Of a stretch of DNA of 64,000 bases, positions 1 through 8,669 are shown one piece after another. A program made the translations under genes and the position numbers. Source of the DNA: an uncultured Actinomycetota bacterium (GTDB lineage: Bacteria > Actinomycetota > Actinomycetes > Mycobacteriales > SCTD01); contig CAVXIB010000015.1 in NCBI GenBank assembly GCA_963761695.1, positions 91,807-155,806 of the forward strand, read 5' to 3'. The notes below the pieces were generated by a model that saw only the letters and a list, made by a program, of their open reading frames with translations, was not told where the DNA came from and ran no database searches. Each line of letters starts with the position of its first letter. Within the stretch, counting starts at the first letter, position 1.

Positions 1-533
1 AAGCCGAAGACGTAGTCGTACTGGATGTTCAGCACGCCGGTGGACAGCTCGAACAGGATCCCGCCGACCAGCAGCGCAATCGTCAGGCGCTCCAGCAGCT
101 CGGCCACCGAGCGCGCCGGGGGCCAGACGAACAGCCGGGGGACCACCGACCAGAGCTTGGCCAGCACCACCGGCACCAGGGCGAGCCCGAGCCCGACATG
201 CAGTCCCTGGTTCAGCCGGTACAGCCAGGAGGGCCGGGCCGGCCAGGGAAAGTGCGGGAAGCGCAGGAACGGGTCGGCCGGGAAGGCGTTGCCGGGGAAG
301 CGCGGCTCGTAGGCCGCGTAGGACAGGAAGCCGGTGAGGATGACGACCGGGAGGCCGATCAGCAGCACCGCGCCGAAGACGGCGGTGAGCCACGGACCGC
401 GCAGGGGGCTCTTCCACACCCGCGGGTCGAGCACCCGCAAGGGTGGCCGGTGCTGCTCGACCGCCCGCCACAGCCCGGCCGGGAAGCCGTAGGCGTGCTC
501 GGTCGCGGTGGGCTCTGTCTCGGTGCTCGTCAT
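1..533 (-). CDS. molybdopterin-dependent oxidoreductase, N-terminal membrane region (3' end lies beyond the window start)
   Basis: Absent from the ORF track because it has no stop in the window. My translation from the ATG at 533-531 reads MTSTETEPTATEHAYGFPAGLWRAVEQHRPPLRVLDPRVWKSPLRGPWLTAVFGAVLLIGLPVVILTGFLSYAAYEP...LYRLNQGLHVGLGLALVPVVLAKLWSVVP...GILFELSTGVLNIQYDYVFGF. This multi-TM N-terminus is typical of actinobacterial sulfite-oxidase-like Mo enzymes. ATGA start/stop overlap with the upstream methyltransferase. Confidence 0.55.
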   Translation of the reverse strand, partial: MTSTETEPTATEHAYGFPAGLWRAVEQHRPPLRVLDPRVWKSPLRGPWLTAVFGAVLLIGLPVVILTGFLSYAAYEPRFPGNAFPADPFLRFPHFPWPARPSWLYRLNQGLHVGLGLALVPVVLAKLWSVVPRLFVWPPARSVAELLERLTIALLVGGILFELSTGVLNIQYDYVFG

Positions 534-1174
534 GCGACCTCCTGGACGGCGAGGGCTCGCGCCAGGGCGACGAAGTGCCGGCCGGACGCCTCCCAGGTCT
601 CGACGGCGTGCAACCCGGCGGGCAGCGCGATGTCCTCGGCGTCCCCGGCGGCGACGTGCGCCCACGGGAACCACGTGCTGATCCGCCCCGGTGTCTCCAG
701 GCGCACCTGGACCCGGCGGGTGGAGGTGGACGGGGGCTCGAGCTCGACGACGACGCGGCCCTCCGGCGACAGCAGCGAGGCGGCCCGTCGCAGCAGGGCC
801 ACCGGGTCGCCGCCGATGCCGATGTTGCCGTCGGCGAGCAGAACGGTCGACCAGCGGGTGCCGTCGAGCACGGCGTCGTGGACCGAGGCCTGCAGCACCT
901 GCGCACCGCGGGCCCGGGCGAGGTCGACCGCGACCGGGGCGACGTCGACGCCCGTGCAGGCGACCCCGGCGGCGAGCAGCGCGTGGACGAGGCGACCCGG
1001 GCCGCACCCGACGTCGAGGGTGGCACTGCCGCAGCGGGCCAGCAGCTCGGCGTCACCGGGCGCCTCGGCGCTCACGTAGCGGGCGACGTCGAGCGGGAGC
1101 GTGTTGCCGTCGTCGTAGCGCACCCGGGCCGCTCCCGCGTGCAGGGCCGCGCCGTAGACGTCGAGGGGGTTCAC
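530..1174 (-). CDS. class I SAM-dependent methyltransferase
   Basis: C-terminal part of ORF 530..1450. Contains the LDVGCGPGRL SAM-binding motif. Start placed at the GTG at 1174 (VNPLDVYGAALHAG...), which forms a GTGA overlap with the stop of the upstream gene. The longer ORF N-terminus is Arg/Pro/Gly junk. Confidence 0.8.
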   Translation of the reverse strand: MNPLDVYGAALHAGAARVRYDDGNTLPLDVARYVSAEAPGDAELLARCGSATLDVGCGPGRLVHALLAAGVACTGVDVAPVAVDLARARGAQVLQASVHDAVLDGTRWSTVLLADGNIGIGGDPVALLRRAASLLSPEGRVVVELEPPSTSTRRVQVRLETPGRISTWFPWAHVAAGDAEDIALPAGLHAVETWEASGRHFVALARALAVQEVA

Positions 1175-1890
1175 GCGCCGACCGCCCCGACGGCCCGGGC
1201 CGCCCCGGCCGCAGTGAGCAGGGGGGCGCGGTGCTGCGACCACCATCGGGCCAGCGCCGTGTCCGGCGGGAGGTCGCGGGCCACGGCGTCGAGATCGTCG
1301 GTCGTGTCGATGTCGCGTAGCACCGGGAGCAGCACGGGCGCCAGGCCCAGCTCGACCAGGCGCTCGGCCTGGGCCGCACCCGTTCGGCCGGTCGACATCG
1401 GCACGCCCGAGAACGCCCGGGGGTGCGGCCGGTGCAGGCCGAGAGCCCACCAGCCGCCGTCGGCGGCATGGCCGAGGACGGCGTCGGCCGGCGGGCGGGC
1501 GGCGCTGCCCAGCAGCGTCGTCGCGGCGGTGGTGAGCAGCTCGGTGGTGAGCTGGGGGGTGTCCATCCCGACCAGGAGCAGCGGCAGGCCGGTGCCGTCC
1601 TCGCCGGTGAAGGCGTCGTCGAAGGCGGCGGTGAGCCGCTCGGCCAGGCCGGTCCCGCGCTGGGGGAGCACGGCCGTGCCGGCCGGCAGGGAGAAGTCGA
1701 GCTGCCCGTCGAGCACAAGGGTGCGCGCGGCGACCGGCGTGGCGGCGACGGCGGCGAGCGTGTCCGCGAGGGCGGCGGCGGCGACGTCGGCGGCCTGCTG
1801 GGGGGTCAGCGCGGGGGTCAGGCGCGTCTTGACGCGGCCGGCGAGCGGCTGCTTGGCCAGGACGAGCACGTGGCAGGAGAGCGGGGTCAC
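1171..1890 (-). CDS. DUF2064 (TIGR04282-like) nucleotidyl/glycosyltransferase-fold protein
   Basis: ORF 1171..1890. The N-terminus LVLAKQPLAGRVKTRLTP and the internal GMDTPQL and DGGWWALG motifs are characteristic of DUF2064. Translationally coupled to the downstream methyltransferase. Confidence 0.7.
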   Translation of the reverse strand: MTPLSCHVLVLAKQPLAGRVKTRLTPALTPQQAADVAAAALADTLAAVAATPVAARTLVLDGQLDFSLPAGTAVLPQRGTGLAERLTAAFDDAFTGEDGTGLPLLLVGMDTPQLTTELLTTAATTLLGSAARPPADAVLGHAADGGWWALGLHRPHPRAFSGVPMSTGRTGAAQAERLVELGLAPVLLPVLRDIDTTDDLDAVARDLPPDTALARWWSQHRAPLLTAAGAARAVGAVGA

Positions 1891-1931
1891 GGCCTGTTCC
1901 TCTCCACGGGAGTACCTACCGACGCACGCGA

Positions 1932-1962
1932 ACGGGGAGCGGGCACCGGGCCCGCTCCCCGT
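1932..1962 (-). terminator. intrinsic-terminator-like hairpin downstream of lipoprotein gene 1978..2628
   Basis: Perfect 13-bp stem ACGGGGAGCGGGC / GCCCGCTCCCCGT with a 5-nt loop, 16 nt past the stop codon. No U-tract, which is common in high-GC actinobacteria. Confidence 0.5.
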
Positions 1963-1977
1963 CGGGAACTGCGTGGA

Positions 1978-2628
1978 CTAGCTGGACGGGACCGCGAGGG
2001 TGATCTTCGCGACGCCGACGAGCGCGAACTCCTGCACGGCGGTGGTCTTGTAGGTCATGTTGAGCAGGTCCGCAGCGGCCTTGGTCAGCTTGACCTGGGT
2101 GCCCTCGAGGATCGCGTTGCTGCCCTCGGTGCGCAGCGGCTGGAGGGTGCTGCCGTCGAGGAAGAACAGCGGGGCGTCCTGCACGACGGAGGTGCCGTTG
2201 GCGGAGACGTCACCGAACAGCATGGACTTGCCGGGGTCGACGTTGAAGTTGGTCAGCTCGACCTTGATGCCACCGCCGGTGAGGGACAGGCCCGAGCCGT
2301 CGTGGTTGATGAGGCCCTGCACGTACGGGTCCACGGTGCCGGGCTTGTAGTAGGTGGCGCTGCCGCCGGTGATCGGGAAGGAGGCGACGCCCTCGGTCGA
2401 GATCTTGGCGGTGCCGACCGGCGCGGGGGTGAGCTTGAGGGTCTGCAGGCCGGCGACGAACGCGCTGTCGAGGGTCACCTCGGTCATCTCACCGGTCAGG
2501 TTGTCGATCTGGGCGACGGGCTTGCTGCTGTCGCCGGCGGCGCTGTCCTTCTTCTCGTCGTCGTTGCCGCAGGCGGCGAGCGACAGGGACAGGGCGCCGA
2601 CGAGGGCGAGGGAGGCGAGCTTGCGCAT
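1978..2628 (-). CDS. secreted lipoprotein, unknown function (tandem paralog A)
   Basis: ORF 1978..2628. Signal peptide plus lipobox (LSLSLAAC|G). Closely similar over its full length to the neighbouring ORF 2861..3517. Confidence 0.8.
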   Translation of the reverse strand: MRKLASLALVGALSLSLAACGNDDEKKDSAAGDSSKPVAQIDNLTGEMTEVTLDSAFVAGLQTLKLTPAPVGTAKISTEGVASFPITGGSATYYKPGTVDPYVQGLINHDGSGLSLTGGGIKVELTNFNVDPGKSMLFGDVSANGTSVVQDAPLFFLDGSTLQPLRTEGSNAILEGTQVKLTKAAADLLNMTYKTTAVQEFALVGVAKITLAVPSS

Positions 2629-2801
2629 GGGGTGGGTCCTCTCGAGGTGCGGCGTACGCCGCGGGGTGTCTGGTGCGGCGGGAGCGCCGCTGTGGTGTCT
2701 GGTGGTCGTTCGCCCCGGGGTCCGGAACGGTTCACAGCCGCCGGGTGGCGGTGGTCACTCGGGACGGTGCAGCCATGGTTGCTTGTGACCAGGCCGACAT
2801 G

Positions 2802-2839
2802 CCGAACGCCCCCGGTCAGGAGCGGCCGGAGGCGTTCGG
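2802..2839 (-). terminator. hairpin downstream of lipoprotein gene 2861..3517
   Basis: 9-bp arms CCGAACGCC / GGCGTTCGG flank a 20-nt GC-rich loop, about 20 nt past the stop codon. Confidence 0.35.
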
Positions 2840-2860
2840 GGAGTGCGGGGGAGCGAGCTA

Positions 2861-3517
2861 CTAGCCGGCGGGGACGGCCAGCGTGATCTTCGCGACGCCG
2901 ACCTTGAAGAACTCGGCCAGGGCGGTCACGTTGTAGGTCTTGTTCAGCAGGTCGGCCGCCGCCTTGGTCAGCGACACCGTGGTGCCCTCGAGGATGGCGT
3001 CGCCACCCTCGGTGCGCAGCGGCTGGAGGGTGCTGCCGTCGAGGAAGAACAGCGGGGCGCCCTTGACCACGGACGTGCCGTTGGCGGAGACGTCACCGGT
3101 GAGGACCGACTTGGCCGGGTCGACGACGAAGTTGGTGAGCTCGACCTTGGTCTTGCCGTCGGTGAGCGACAGGCCCGAGCCGTCGTGGTTGATCATGCCC
3201 TGCACGTAGGGGTCCACGGTGCCGGGCGTGTAGTAGGTCGCGCTGCCGCCGGTGATCGGGAAGGTGGCGACGCCACCCTCGATCTTCGCGGTGCCGACGG
3301 GCGCCGGGGTGAGCTTGAGGCTGGTGAGGCCCTCGACGAAGCCGGCGTCCAGGGTGACCTGGGTCATCTTGCCGGTGAGGTTGGCGATCTGGGCGACCGG
3401 CTTGGTGTCGCCACCGGCCGTGTTGTCGGTGCCGGTGTCGGCGTCGTTGCCGCCACAGGCCGACAGGGTCAGGGCCAGCGCGCCGGCGAGGGCGAGGGAG
3501 GTGAGGCTCTTGCGCAT
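2861..3517 (-). CDS. secreted lipoprotein, unknown function (tandem paralog B)
   Basis: ORF 2861..3517. Lipobox LTLSAC|G. Shares long identical blocks with paralog A, for example PVAQI.NLTG.MT.VTLD, ITGGSATYY.PGTVDPYVQG.INHDGSGLSLT and DVSANGTSVV..APLFFLDGSTLQPLRTEG. Confidence 0.8.
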   Translation of the reverse strand: MRKSLTSLALAGALALTLSACGGNDADTGTDNTAGGDTKPVAQIANLTGKMTQVTLDAGFVEGLTSLKLTPAPVGTAKIEGGVATFPITGGSATYYTPGTVDPYVQGMINHDGSGLSLTDGKTKVELTNFVVDPAKSVLTGDVSANGTSVVKGAPLFFLDGSTLQPLRTEGGDAILEGTTVSLTKAAADLLNKTYNVTALAEFFKVGVAKITLAVPAG

Positions 3518-3663
3518 GCGGGTCAGGGTCCCTTCACAGGGGTGGCGGGAGGTCCGCCACCTCGTTGCGTTACTTACCCACTCGTTCGACCTCCCCCGGC
3601 GTCCGGTTCGGTCGACCCCGTGTGAGGACAGCCACAGGGTGGAGCGGTCGTAGGGTCCGTGCG

Positions 3664-4980
3664 GTGACGCGGACCCGGGTGCTGACCGCCGGCGCCGTCG
3701 TGGGCCTGGTCGTGCAGGCGCTGCTGGCGCACCGGACGGCGCTGCCGGGCGGGATCATCGACCGGCGCTACGTGCTGCTCGGGGAGATCGCGCTCTGGGC
3801 GCTGGTCTCGGCAGCGACGGTGCTGTGCGTGCTGCGCCTGCCGCGGCGGCTCGCCGTGGGGCTCATCGTCGGTGGAGCGCTGCTGGTGCGGCTCGCGGCC
3901 CTGTCCGACAAGGCGCCGCTGTCGGACGACCTCTACCGCTACGCGTGGGACGGCGTCGTGCAGAGCCAGGGCATCGACCCCTACCGGTACGTCCCGGTCG
4001 ACCCGGCGCTGGCCCCCCTGCGCGACATCGCCGGCATGGCCTGGATCTGGCCGCCGGACGAGCGCGGCACGAAAAAGCAGACGAAGATCAACCGGTCGTC
4101 GGTGCGGACCATCTACCCGCCGGCGGCCGAGGCCTGGTTCTGGCTGGAGCACCAGCTGATCCCGCTGACCGCGCAGGACCGCGGCTACGAAGGGGCCGGC
4201 CTGGTCCTGGACCTCGCAGTGCTGGCCTGCCTGCTGGCCCTCGCGCGCGACCCCCGGTGGGCGGCGGTCTACGCCCTGACCCCGCTGCCGGTGCTGGAGG
4301 CCGTGCAGAATGCCCACGTCGACGTGCTCGGCGTGCTCCTCGTGCTGGGGGCCGTGGCGCTGGAACGCCGTGGACGGACCCTGCCGGCCGCGGCGGTCCT
4401 GGCGCTCGCGGCGCTGGTGAAGGTCTACCCCGCCCTGCTGTTCCCCCTGCTCCTGCGGCGCCGGCCCGTGGCGGTCGTCGGGGTGGCCCTCGGCGTGGCG
4501 GTGGCCGGCTACCTGCCGCACGTGCTGGCGGTGGGCGCCGACGTCCTGGGCTATCTGCCGGGCTACCTGTCGGAGGAGCAGTACTCCTCGGGCAGCCGCT
4601 ACCTGCTGGTGGGCCTGCTCGGCCTCGGCGGGACGGCGGCGACGCTCGTGGTCGTGGCCGGGGTGCTCGGCCTGGTCGGCTGGGCGCTGCGGACCTCCCT
4701 GCCCCTGCCGGACGCCGGCGCGAGACTGCTGTCGGGGGTCTTCCTGCTGGTCACTCCGGTGCAGCCCTGGTACTCGCTGCTGCTGGTCGCGCTGGTGGCG
4801 CTGTCGGGCTGGTGGCCGGGGCTCGCGGTGGCCGCCGCCGGCTATCCGCTGTTCTTCGCGACCATCCTGGACGGTCCGGCCGACCTCGTGGGGCGGCTCG
4901 GCTACGGCGCGGCTCTGCTGGTGGTGGCCGTCAGCGCAGGTAGGGCAGCGCGGCGTGCACGGCTGCCTGCTCCCCCCTGA
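3664..4980 (+). CDS. GT87/DUF2029-type polytopic membrane glycosyltransferase
   Basis: ORF 3565..4980. About 9-10 predicted TM helices. The motifs LSDDLYRYAWDG..Q..GIDPYRY.P and RTIYPP.AE are typical of mannosyltransferase-like DUF2029 proteins. Start placed at the in-frame GTG at 3664. Confidence 0.75.
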   Translation: MTRTRVLTAGAVVGLVVQALLAHRTALPGGIIDRRYVLLGEIALWALVSAATVLCVLRLPRRLAVGLIVGGALLVRLAALSDKAPLSDDLYRYAWDGVVQSQGIDPYRYVPVDPALAPLRDIAGMAWIWPPDERGTKKQTKINRSSVRTIYPPAAEAWFWLEHQLIPLTAQDRGYEGAGLVLDLAVLACLLALARDPRWAAVYALTPLPVLEAVQNAHVDVLGVLLVLGAVALERRGRTLPAAAVLALAALVKVYPALLFPLLLRRRPVAVVGVALGVAVAGYLPHVLAVGADVLGYLPGYLSEEQYSSGSRYLLVGLLGLGGTAATLVVVAGVLGLVGWALRTSLPLPDAGARLLSGVFLLVTPVQPWYSLLLVALVALSGWWPGLAVAAAGYPLFFATILDGPADLVGRLGYGAALLVVAVSAGRAARRARLPAPP

Positions 4981-5631
4981 CCACCAGGACCCGGCCGAGC
5001 TCGGCCTGCAGCCGGTCGACCTGCTCCTGCACGCTGCCCTGGCCGTCACCGTGCCGGGCCACCCGCCGGCCGTCGAGCAGGGCGGCCCGCCGCACCGAGA
5101 GCTCGCCCTCGTCGTCGGCGGGGAAGCGGGTGAACAGCAGCAGCGAGACGGCCGCCTCCATGACGTGACTGCCCGCCTCGGCGGCGTGCCGGGGCGACAG
5201 CGCCTTCGGCAGCCTCGGCTCGGCCAGCTGGTCGGACACCAGGCGGACCGCCACGGTGCGGGCGCCGAAGAACCCCCTCCCCGGTGACCCGCGGCGATCG
5301 CCGCCTCGACCAGGTCGGCCAGGCGCTGGGGCGAGGGCTGCCAGTCGAGCCGGGCGGGCAGCCCCGTGGCCGCGACCCGGGCGGCCAGCGCCGTGTCGCT
5401 CGTCCAGTGGGCGTGCGGGGGGCCGTCCGGGTCGCTGGCCCGGACCCGGGCGACCAGGACGTCGAGCAGGCTGTCGCCGAGCCACTCGAGCCGTTGGAAC
5501 GCTCGCCCACGGGGGTCCAGCAGCGCGGGAACGTCGTCGACGGGCACGACGACACCGAGCTGGGCATTGAGCAGGGCCCGCTCCTCGGGCGTGCTGCCGG
5601 TGCGGAGCTGGTCGGGCGGTGAGGTGGTCAC
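4931..5631 (-). pseudogene. RNase III-domain protein, one frameshift as sequenced
   Basis: The N-terminus of ORF 3574..5631 carries RNase III signatures: QRLEWLGDSLLD and ADLVEAAIAAG. The reading frame then has to switch at the G5/C5 run near 5272-5281 into ORF 4931..5485, which gives a sensible C-terminus (...FTRFPADDEGELSVRRAAL...PYLR*). Its 3' end overlaps the convergent GT87 gene by 50 bp. Confidence 0.6.
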
Positions 5632-5665
5632 GGGGCCAGTCTGCTGCTCACGGCGGGTCGCGACG

Positions 5666-6279
5666 TCACGGCAGCAGCCGGATGCTCACCGCGCGCCACA
5701 GCGCCGGGCTGGCCAGCAGGACCCGGTGCCGGGGGTCCGGCACGTCGATCAGCCGGTCGACGACGAGCGGCTGAAGGCGTGCGAGCCGGCGGTCGGCCAG
5801 CACCGCGTCGACCGCGGTCCGCTCGCCACCGGTGACGACGGCGTCGAGCCGCTCGTCGCCGAGCAGCCGCACGGCGTTGTCGGCCGCTGTCGCGTAGGCC
5901 ACGGTGACCTGGTTGTCGCGCCGCCGGGCGAACCGCTGCTGGCTCTGACCGCCGGCGGCGCTGCGGCCGTGAACCTGGCGGCTGCCGACCTTGCTGCTCA
6001 CCAGGCGGGGCGGCCGGCCGGTCGCCCTCGAAGACGCCCGCGGCGTAGCCGCCGAGCCGCACGAGCAGGACACCGACCCGCAGGCCGGCGCCAGCTCATC
6101 GCTGACGGGGCGGAACGGCGGGACGAGCTCGGCCGTCGCACCGTCCGCCGCGCGGTGCACCAGGCCCTCGACCTCGACCGGCCCGTGCCGTTCCGCGAAC
6201 CCGGCCAGCCACCGCTCCAGCCGGTCCGGGCGACGTCGACCCACCGTCCCCCGCCCGCCGCGGGACGGCTGCTGCTCAT
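5666..6279 (-). pseudogene. acVLRF1-family (Vms1-like) peptidyl-tRNA hydrolase, about 3 frameshifts as sequenced
   Basis: Three frames together reconstruct the protein: MSSSRPAAGGGRWVDV / PDRLERWLAGFAERHGPVE...PPF / RVGVLLVRLGGYAAGVFEGDR / LVSSKVGSRQVHGRSAAGGQSQQRFARRRDNQ...IRLLP*. The GGQ-containing SAAGGQSQQRFARRR block is the family hallmark. Frame changes are near 6225, 6075-6095 and 6005-6020. Confidence 0.6.
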
Positions 6280-6781
6280 GGGGGCAGACCGTACGGTGGC
6301 CCCCGTGTGGACCACCTGCGCGAGCCCCCTCGGCGAGGTGCTCGTCGAGGCCCGCGACGGCGTCGTCGTGAAGGTGCTGTTCTCGCCCTTCGAGGTCCCC
6401 GCCCACGCGCCGACGCCGGACGACCCCCTCCTGCAGCAGACGGTCCGGGAGCTCGACGAGTACTTCGCCGGGCAGCGCCGCGACTTCGAGGTACCGGTCG
6501 GCCCGCCGGGGACGCCGTTCCAGCAGGCGGTGTGGGCCGAGCTGCGGCGCGTGCCCTACGGCGAGACCGCCACCTACGGCGAGCTGGCCCAGCGGCTGGG
6601 GTCCCCCGGGGCGGTCCGCGCCGTCGGGTCGGCCAACGGGCGCAACCCGGTCGCCGTGATCGTGCCCTGCCACCGCGTCATCGGCAGCGACGGGAACCTG
6701 CGCGGCTACGCCGGCGGGGTGGAGCGCAAGACCGCGCTGCTCGCCATCGAGCGCGACAAGGGTGAGGGCACGCTCTTCTAG
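6278..6781 (+). CDS. ogt: methylated-DNA--protein-cysteine S-methyltransferase
   Basis: C-terminal 167 aa of ORF 5366..6781. Active-site PCHRV motif, plus TYGELA...AVG.A.G.NP..IIVPCHRVIG. The ATG at 6278 shares a CATG with the divergent gene's ATG. In-frame GTGs at 6296 and 6305 are alternative starts. Confidence 0.85.
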   Translation: MGADRTVAPVWTTCASPLGEVLVEARDGVVVKVLFSPFEVPAHAPTPDDPLLQQTVRELDEYFAGQRRDFEVPVGPPGTPFQQAVWAELRRVPYGETATYGELAQRLGSPGAVRAVGSANGRNPVAVIVPCHRVIGSDGNLRGYAGGVERKTALLAIERDKGEGTLF

Positions 6782-6831
6782 GCCTTCGCGCACGACGTCG
6801 GCGAGACCGGCGTGCCGGTGCGCGGGAGGGG

Positions 6832-8478
6832 TCAGCCGGCCCAGCGCTGCTGCTCGGCGTGGCGCTGATCGGCCCAGCCCAGCTCGTCGACCAGGCGGGA
6901 GTCGCGCAGCCGGAGGGTCTTGTGGCCCTCGTGGACGTCATGGTGGTGGTGCTCGCACAGCGGCGCGAGGTCGGCCTGGCGGGTCAGCCCGGTCTTCCAG
7001 AACGGCTCGACGTGGTGCGGGACCGTGCCGGTGAGGGTGCAGCCGAGGACGGCGCAGGTGCTGCCCCAGACCGCGCGCACGACCCGGCGTTCGCGTGCGG
7101 TGGCGTGTCGGTGCTCCCCGCTGGCCCCGACCGGCCGGCCGTGGGCGTCGCGCAGGACGACGCTGAGCAGGCTGCGGCAGGCGTGGGCGCGGAGCTGGCT
7201 GCTGGTGAGGGGGACGTCGCCGTGGCTGGTCCGCAGCCGGCCGGGTGGCGCTCCGGGTCTGCCCTGCAGGGCCTCGAGGGGAGCGAGGACCGTCAGGGCG
7301 GTGAGCGGGGGACCGCTGCTTGCGGGCCGGACGCCGAGGACGTCGACCAGCAGCTGGGCGAAGGCGTCGTGCCACCGCTGCTCCCTGGACGGGAGCGGCG
7401 TGCCCTGCTCGGCGGGGTCGGAGAGGGAGGCGGGGCCGAACGGGTCACGCTCGCGTCCGGGGCCGGTGGTGCCGAAGGCGTCGGTGTCCGCGCTGTGGTC
7501 GGGGGCGGTGCCGGCGGAGCGCGGGTCGTCGTTCCCGCTCTCCGGCGCACGCGCGTCGCCCCCGGCGCCAGGCCGGCCGAACACGTCCTCGCCCGACGCC
7601 TCCACCGGGTTCTCGGCTGCCTTCTGCGGGCGGGTCCGGGCGAGCAGCTGGTCGTAGGCCAGCTGCCCGACCTCGTCGGTCAGGTGGGCCCGCAGCGACC
7701 AGCCGCCGCCCCGGAGCTTGCGCAGCACCAGGCTCCGGTCCCGGTAGGCCTGCTCGACCGCCTCGTCGGCCTGCGCCTCGGGCTGCAGGGCGTCGATCAG
7801 CAGACCGACGGCAGGGCCGACGTCGGCCGGCGCGAGCTCCTGGCTCAACAGCACCAGCGCCGGCTCGAGCCGGTCTGCCGGGCCGGACCAGGAGTCTTCG
7901 AGCCCCGCCTGCACCGCGGCGGCGAGCCGGCCCCGACGCGTCTCGAACAGGGCGTGCTGCTCGGGCGTCGGCTCCAGGCACGCCGCGCCGGCCCAGACGC
8001 TCATCGCGTCGCCGAGCCCGTCGACCAGCACAGCCTGCAGCTGCTCAGGCTGCACCTGCGCCGGCACACGGGACAGCTGCCCGGCCACCAGCATCGCCGT
8101 CCGCAGCGCCAGCGACCCCTCCGCCACCGCCGCCTCCAGCCGCGGCCGGGCCCGCAGCGCCCGCCACGCCCCCAGCTGCCCGCGGTCGCCGCCTGGCAGG
8201 GTCCGCAGCCACGTCCGGGTCGACCCGGCCTGCCGCCGCTGCCACAGGTCGCGCTGCTCGACGTCCCCGACCGCACGGACCCCCGCGAGCGCCACCCGGT
8301 CCTGCGCCGCCAGCAGCGCCTCCGCCCGGGCGACCGCCACGCCTGGCGGAAGGAGCGAGGGGTCGACCGTCAGGACCTGCTCGACGGCCGCGGTCAGTGC
8401 CTCGAGGTCCGCAGCGGGAGCCGCGGCCGGACGGGTCCACGGCACGCCGGGCGTCGCCCACTGCTCGCTCTCCGCCAC
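6832..8478 (-). CDS. DUF222 domain / HNH endonuclease (13E12-repeat-type)
   Basis: Intact 548-aa ORF. The N-terminal DUF222-like helical region is followed by a C-terminal HNH module (CAVLGCTLTGTVPHHVEPFWKTG...LAPLCEHHHHDVHEG). Confidence 0.85.
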   Translation of the reverse strand: MAESEQWATPGVPWTRPAAAPAADLEALTAAVEQVLTVDPSLLPPGVAVARAEALLAAQDRVALAGVRAVGDVEQRDLWQRRQAGSTRTWLRTLPGGDRGQLGAWRALRARPRLEAAVAEGSLALRTAMLVAGQLSRVPAQVQPEQLQAVLVDGLGDAMSVWAGAACLEPTPEQHALFETRRGRLAAAVQAGLEDSWSGPADRLEPALVLLSQELAPADVGPAVGLLIDALQPEAQADEAVEQAYRDRSLVLRKLRGGGWSLRAHLTDEVGQLAYDQLLARTRPQKAAENPVEASGEDVFGRPGAGGDARAPESGNDDPRSAGTAPDHSADTDAFGTTGPGRERDPFGPASLSDPAEQGTPLPSREQRWHDAFAQLLVDVLGVRPASSGPPLTALTVLAPLEALQGRPGAPPGRLRTSHGDVPLTSSQLRAHACRSLLSVVLRDAHGRPVGASGEHRHATARERRVVRAVWGSTCAVLGCTLTGTVPHHVEPFWKTGLTRQADLAPLCEHHHHDVHEGHKTLRLRDSRLVDELGWADQRHAEQQRWAG

Positions 8479-8546
8479 GGCTGCCCCCTCCCCCTGATCG
8501 CTACGACGATCGTCCCAGGGGGGTCCGACAGTTTTGGGTCTCGGAG

Positions 8547-8583
8547 GCTCCGTTCATCGTTGCTCCGTTCACGCGTGACGTCA
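8547..8583. promoter_or_regulatory. cluster of direct repeats and palindromes upstream of the HNH gene
   Basis: GCTCCGTTCA occurs twice (8547 and 8562, 15-bp period). There is a 10-bp perfect palindrome TCACGCGTGA (8569-8578) and an 8-bp palindrome TGACGTCA (8576-8583). All lie in a locally AT-richer stretch 70-105 bp upstream of the HNH start. Confidence 0.3.
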
Positions 8584-8669
8584 TCGTGATGTCGTGGGCC
8601 GCGACCGACCCACCGACTCCTCGACCAGCGCGCCCACCCGCAGCAGGCCAGGCCAGGCCGGTGGACGCC

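Noticed and set aside
3574-5631. 685-aa minus-strand ORF spanning the whole GT87 gene region
   Set aside because: Only its first 120 or so codons (the RNase III motifs) look like protein. The rest is Arg/Pro/Gly/His-rich antisense read-through of the GT87 gene, typical of open wrong frames in DNA above 70% GC.
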